Origin: Octopus sinensis | Taxonomy: Eukaryota | Assembly (NCBI RefSeq): GCF_006345805.1 | Contig: NW_021832123.1 | Coordinates: 1-64,000, forward strand | Reading direction: 5' to 3' | DNA length: 64,000 nucleotides | Part shown: one piece after another, positions 60,900 through 64,000 of the stretch | Layout of the letters: each line of letters opens with the position of its first letter | Position numbering within the stretch: position 1 is the stretch's first letter | Translations under genes and position numbers: made by a program | The notes under the pieces: generated by a model | Databases searched by the model: none | The model's input: the letters and a program-made list of their open reading frames with translations, nothing else | What the model was told of the DNA's origin: nothing

Positions 60900-63180
60900 A
60901 ATTGGAAAGTCTGGGGATTAGTAAATTAAGCAAGTTTACTGTATTAATAACAGAATAACTGAAAGAATAAAGTGATTAGTTATATGCGAGACCAGAAAAG
61001 ACTGAAGTCGGCCAGCTGGAATAATGAATAAGATTACCGTTTGAAACAGCTTGGAGTCGAGTTGATGTGCTTGTGCGAGGATTGCTTTAAAGTCGTCCTC
61101 AAAGAGAGGAAGAATCTCCACAGAGTAGGCCGAGACGAAGATGAGTGACTCCTGGCGAATGGTGAGCATCCACACCCAAAGGAATACTCTAAAATACTGG
61201 AGAATGAGGAATAGTCAGACTCGAGCCAGTCTATTGCCCTCCTCACTGCCCCCGCAGGCTGACAGGGAGTCGTTGGTTGTCTTGCACAGGCGGAGTAAGT
61301 CCGAAATGCCGCTGAGGGAAGAACGATGCATCTGTGAGTCGAGGGACAGGATTTGGTTGGCACAGGCCATGAGCGGGTCATTCAAGTTGTGGAGGGGGAA
61401 TATTCCAGAAATGCTGGCCAGCCTCTTCTGACTGACGGCAGTGACATAAGAAAGGAGTCCCACAATGGAACGACGGTAGTTTATGTCGTCTGCTAGTCAA
61501 TAGCAAGTACCCGGACTGGCATAGGCGAGTTGGTCGAGATGATGCAACACATTCTGCAATTCAGCACCCGTCTGCTTGTCCATCGAGTTGGCTGTGATGC
61601 ACTCAATGAGGACTGAATCGACGTAGCACAGGAATATGAGGGACTTGAAATCATGGACGGAGGAGTAGGCCGCCTGTCTCAAGTGGTGAGGGTCAATCTG
61701 CCCCGCCAGTCTGGCCAAGAGGACGTCCTCCTCGGAATGAGCAGAGGAGACAGCCCGATGAATGAGTCTGTTCTGAGAATGACAGGAATGAGTACAGGAA
61801 TGAATTGAAATAGACTGGGAATGAGCGAACGGAGGGCAATGGCGACCAGCGAACAGGACTGGACAAGGAGGGACACATCCCCGCTCAGTGTGGACGAGAA
61901 AATAGAGTTGAGAAGAGTGCGAATCTCATCAGGAGTGCGGCCTCCCCTTTTGAGAATGAGGAGTCCCTGCAGAACATACACCTGGGACAACTGACTGGCG
62001 TGCCCAACAAACACAACCTCATATACTCGGCCAATTTGCTGTAGTCGTGGGATGACAGGGCCAAGGATCGGTAGAATCGACGGAGGAAGGCATGTCCGAA
62101 AAAGAAGACAAGCACGGAATAAAACGAGTTGAGAACACACCGGAAATAGCAAATGGGTGAGGGGGAGGAGGAGATTCCCAGATACCCCAATGCGTGGGAT
62201 ATATTCTTCTCACACTCCCCCACCTCCCCCTCTCCCAGCACATAGTACGCCCTCTTCAAGTGCCACTTGGAGTTGAGAGTGGCCTCCGACTCCACCGACA
62301 GGAGAGTGAAGGTGAGGATATTCAGCATCAGCACCATTAAGAGAAACAGATTGAGGAGAAGGGCCAGTGCCCACAAACCAACACTCCTCGCCAGGAAATA
62401 CACCTCCTCCCCCCACACCCATCTCCCATGGCCGTGAGCAAGCAGAGCACGAGTACTCACCCCCTTCCCACCCCCCAGGAAGGCGGAGAAGGCAAAGGCC
62501 ACATCCGACCCGGACTGCACAAAATACGAAAAGGGGTTGATCAGGAACACGACGAACACGAAGAAGCAGAGGGCAAACCGTCCCAAATCGAGGAATTCCG
62601 TGCCAGAAGAGACGAATTCGCCGACCTCGTCTGAGGGGGGAGTGGAGGAGTGTCCGGGGGAGTTCTCCAGTTGGCGAATGCGGTGAGTCAGCAGCCCCAC
62701 TTTATTCCGCAGATTGTTGATGGTGGCCACCGCCTCGTCCAGAATTGCCCCTTTGCTCATCTTCGAGGCCGACCCCATCACCACCTCTTTGAGGGCTGAA
62801 ATTTTGTCGTTCAGATTCTGGCGGTATCTCCGCTCGATTAGGTGGTGGCCGGTTGGCTTTTTGGGGGGTTTGCTGCTTTTGTCTTCTTCCACTCTCTCCT
62901 TTATGGGCTCCTGGTAGTCGTACGTGGACACGGGGTGAGACGGTCGTGACTGGGAAATGACCTTGAATTGTCACGGGGAATAAACCTGTTGGAGATCCTC
63001 GATGGAGAGTTGGACCACTGTTCTGGATCCGTCGTTTATAAGTTGGACTCCTTCGGGTGAGATGTACTCTCCGTAATAGTCTTGACCCATTTCGTGGTGC
63101 AGGGGGGGTGAGGGGTAGTTCAGATGATTGCCACTTCGGAAGTAGGAATCATAATTGTCGTTGAAATAATTGTCGTTCAT
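60900..63180 (-). CDS. SREBF: Sterol regulatory element-binding protein (bHLH-Zip, two TM helices)
   Basis: bHLH HHLIERRYRQNLNDKI with the SREBP-diagnostic Tyr; TM1 with NP (LINPF); luminal RALL site-1-type motif; TM2; spliced C-terminal region. 3' end approximate. Confidence 0.85.
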
Positions 63181-63455
63181 TTATGGATAACAACAATTGT
63201 GAAGAATGTTCAACACAACAAGAAACTATTTAGCAAATAAATAACTTGGAATTTAATTCAAATCTAGTTTCAATATAATTTAACCATATTTAAATTAAAA
63301 CCACAAATAAATGCATCCTGTCCAAAGAACGACACCCTGGCGACTCTGAGAATATATACCATCACCTCCTAAAGCCTCTGAATGAGACCTTCGTCACAGT
63401 GACCCCCAATAGAAGGAGGTCTCAAAGTGACGAATATAATATATAAGCAGTTTCC

Positions 63456-64000
63456 ATGACACCTAAGTACTACAATCTGATGGCACGACAAATTGTACAC
63501 AACTCGGTGGGGGAGTCCGACGAGGGGGGTCAGAGAATCTATTCGGAAAGACACTCAGAAGACATTGAGGAAGAAATCACATCCCTCCTCAATGACTCGG
63601 TGGAGGATAACCTCGACTTTGTGTGCAAATCCCTGCGGAAATTGTCAGTCGACCCGAATTGGACGAATCGACAGAAATTCCTGTCGTTGACCAAAACGTG
63701 CATAACCCAGCTGGGTCAGCAAGGAGACTCGTTCATCACCAGAATGATGCCCCACGTGATCAACCGCATTTGCGACAGTAAACTCTCAAATGCTCGCAAA
63801 GCCATGCGAGTGCTCCACCTAATGTTCAGGAAGTGTCGACAGGGGGCACAGAATCTGCTCAGATTGCTGGTGAAGCACGGACTCGAGTCGAGAAGTACGA
63901 CAATGCAGACCACCTGCGTCTCCAGACTGTCCATTCTGCTGACACACAAACTTGTTCATCTTGACTTTTCAGAACTCATCGAAAGTCTCGTGGCCAAAAC
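63456..64000 (+). CDS. TOGARAM1/Crescerin-like TOG-domain protein, partial (runs off the window)
   Basis: Open frame to the window end: VDPNW..LGQQGDSFI..ICDSKL..LLVKHGL..ILLTH..LDF resembles Crescerin TOG1 (SDPNF..LGEQVQQFL..LADNKL..SLLTY). Upstream exons possible from about 63310. Confidence 0.6.
   Translation, partial: MTPKYYNLMARQIVHNSVGESDEGGQRIYSERHSEDIEEEITSLLNDSVEDNLDFVCKSLRKLSVDPNWTNRQKFLSLTKTCITQLGQQGDSFITRMMPHVINRICDSKLSNARKAMRVLHLMFRKCRQGAQNLLRLLVKHGLESRSTTMQTTCVSRLSILLTHKLVHLDFSELIESLVAK

Noticed and set aside
2501-63949. Many 60-130 aa ORFs antisense to or overlapping identified genes
   Set aside because: Shadow frames of GC-rich coding regions with no recognisable motifs.
1430-64000. 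Stop-codon reassignment or RNA editing as the cause of fragmented ORFs
   Set aside because: Breaks examined are explained by GT-AG micro-introns, and long ORFs end in standard stops; only two exceptions were found (SNRNP25 and the kinase).

Overview
Eukaryotic DNA from a very compact animal genome. Genes carry GT-AG introns of only about 18-38 nt, which explains the fragmented ORF track. Protocadherin, IgSF and SREBP genes make it a metazoan, and a TOGARAM1-like gene suggests it is ciliated. A dicyemid mesozoan fits best (inference). The left end has a 168-bp satellite array, then a 350-bp degenerate (CCCTAA)n tract, then only 38 bp to the stop codon of VPS15. About 25 spliced genes follow: VPS15, ORC4, ARPC2, a RhoGAP, PPCS, PELP1-like, SNRNP25, TGFBRAP1, SEPSECS, nucleolin-like, protocadherin, IgSF, LRR-TM, BDP1, ZW10, 14-3-3, WDR6, a PIM-like pseudokinase, DnaJ, RPS25, SREBP, partial TOGARAM1 and several orphans. 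There is also a tRNA-Ser(CGA) and decayed hAT, pogo, Merlin, Helitron and LINE fragments. The most notable observations are: an internalised telomere capped distally by satellite, with a gene transcribing into it; an apparently required GT-TG intron in the minor-spliceosome gene SNRNP25; stop-free 3n micro-introns; an LRR gene with one repeat per exon; AT-rich 5' ends versus GC-rich gene bodies; and LINE remnants co-oriented with the nearest gene 3' end. All gene models were spliced by eye and family calls come from remembered motifs; no searches were run.
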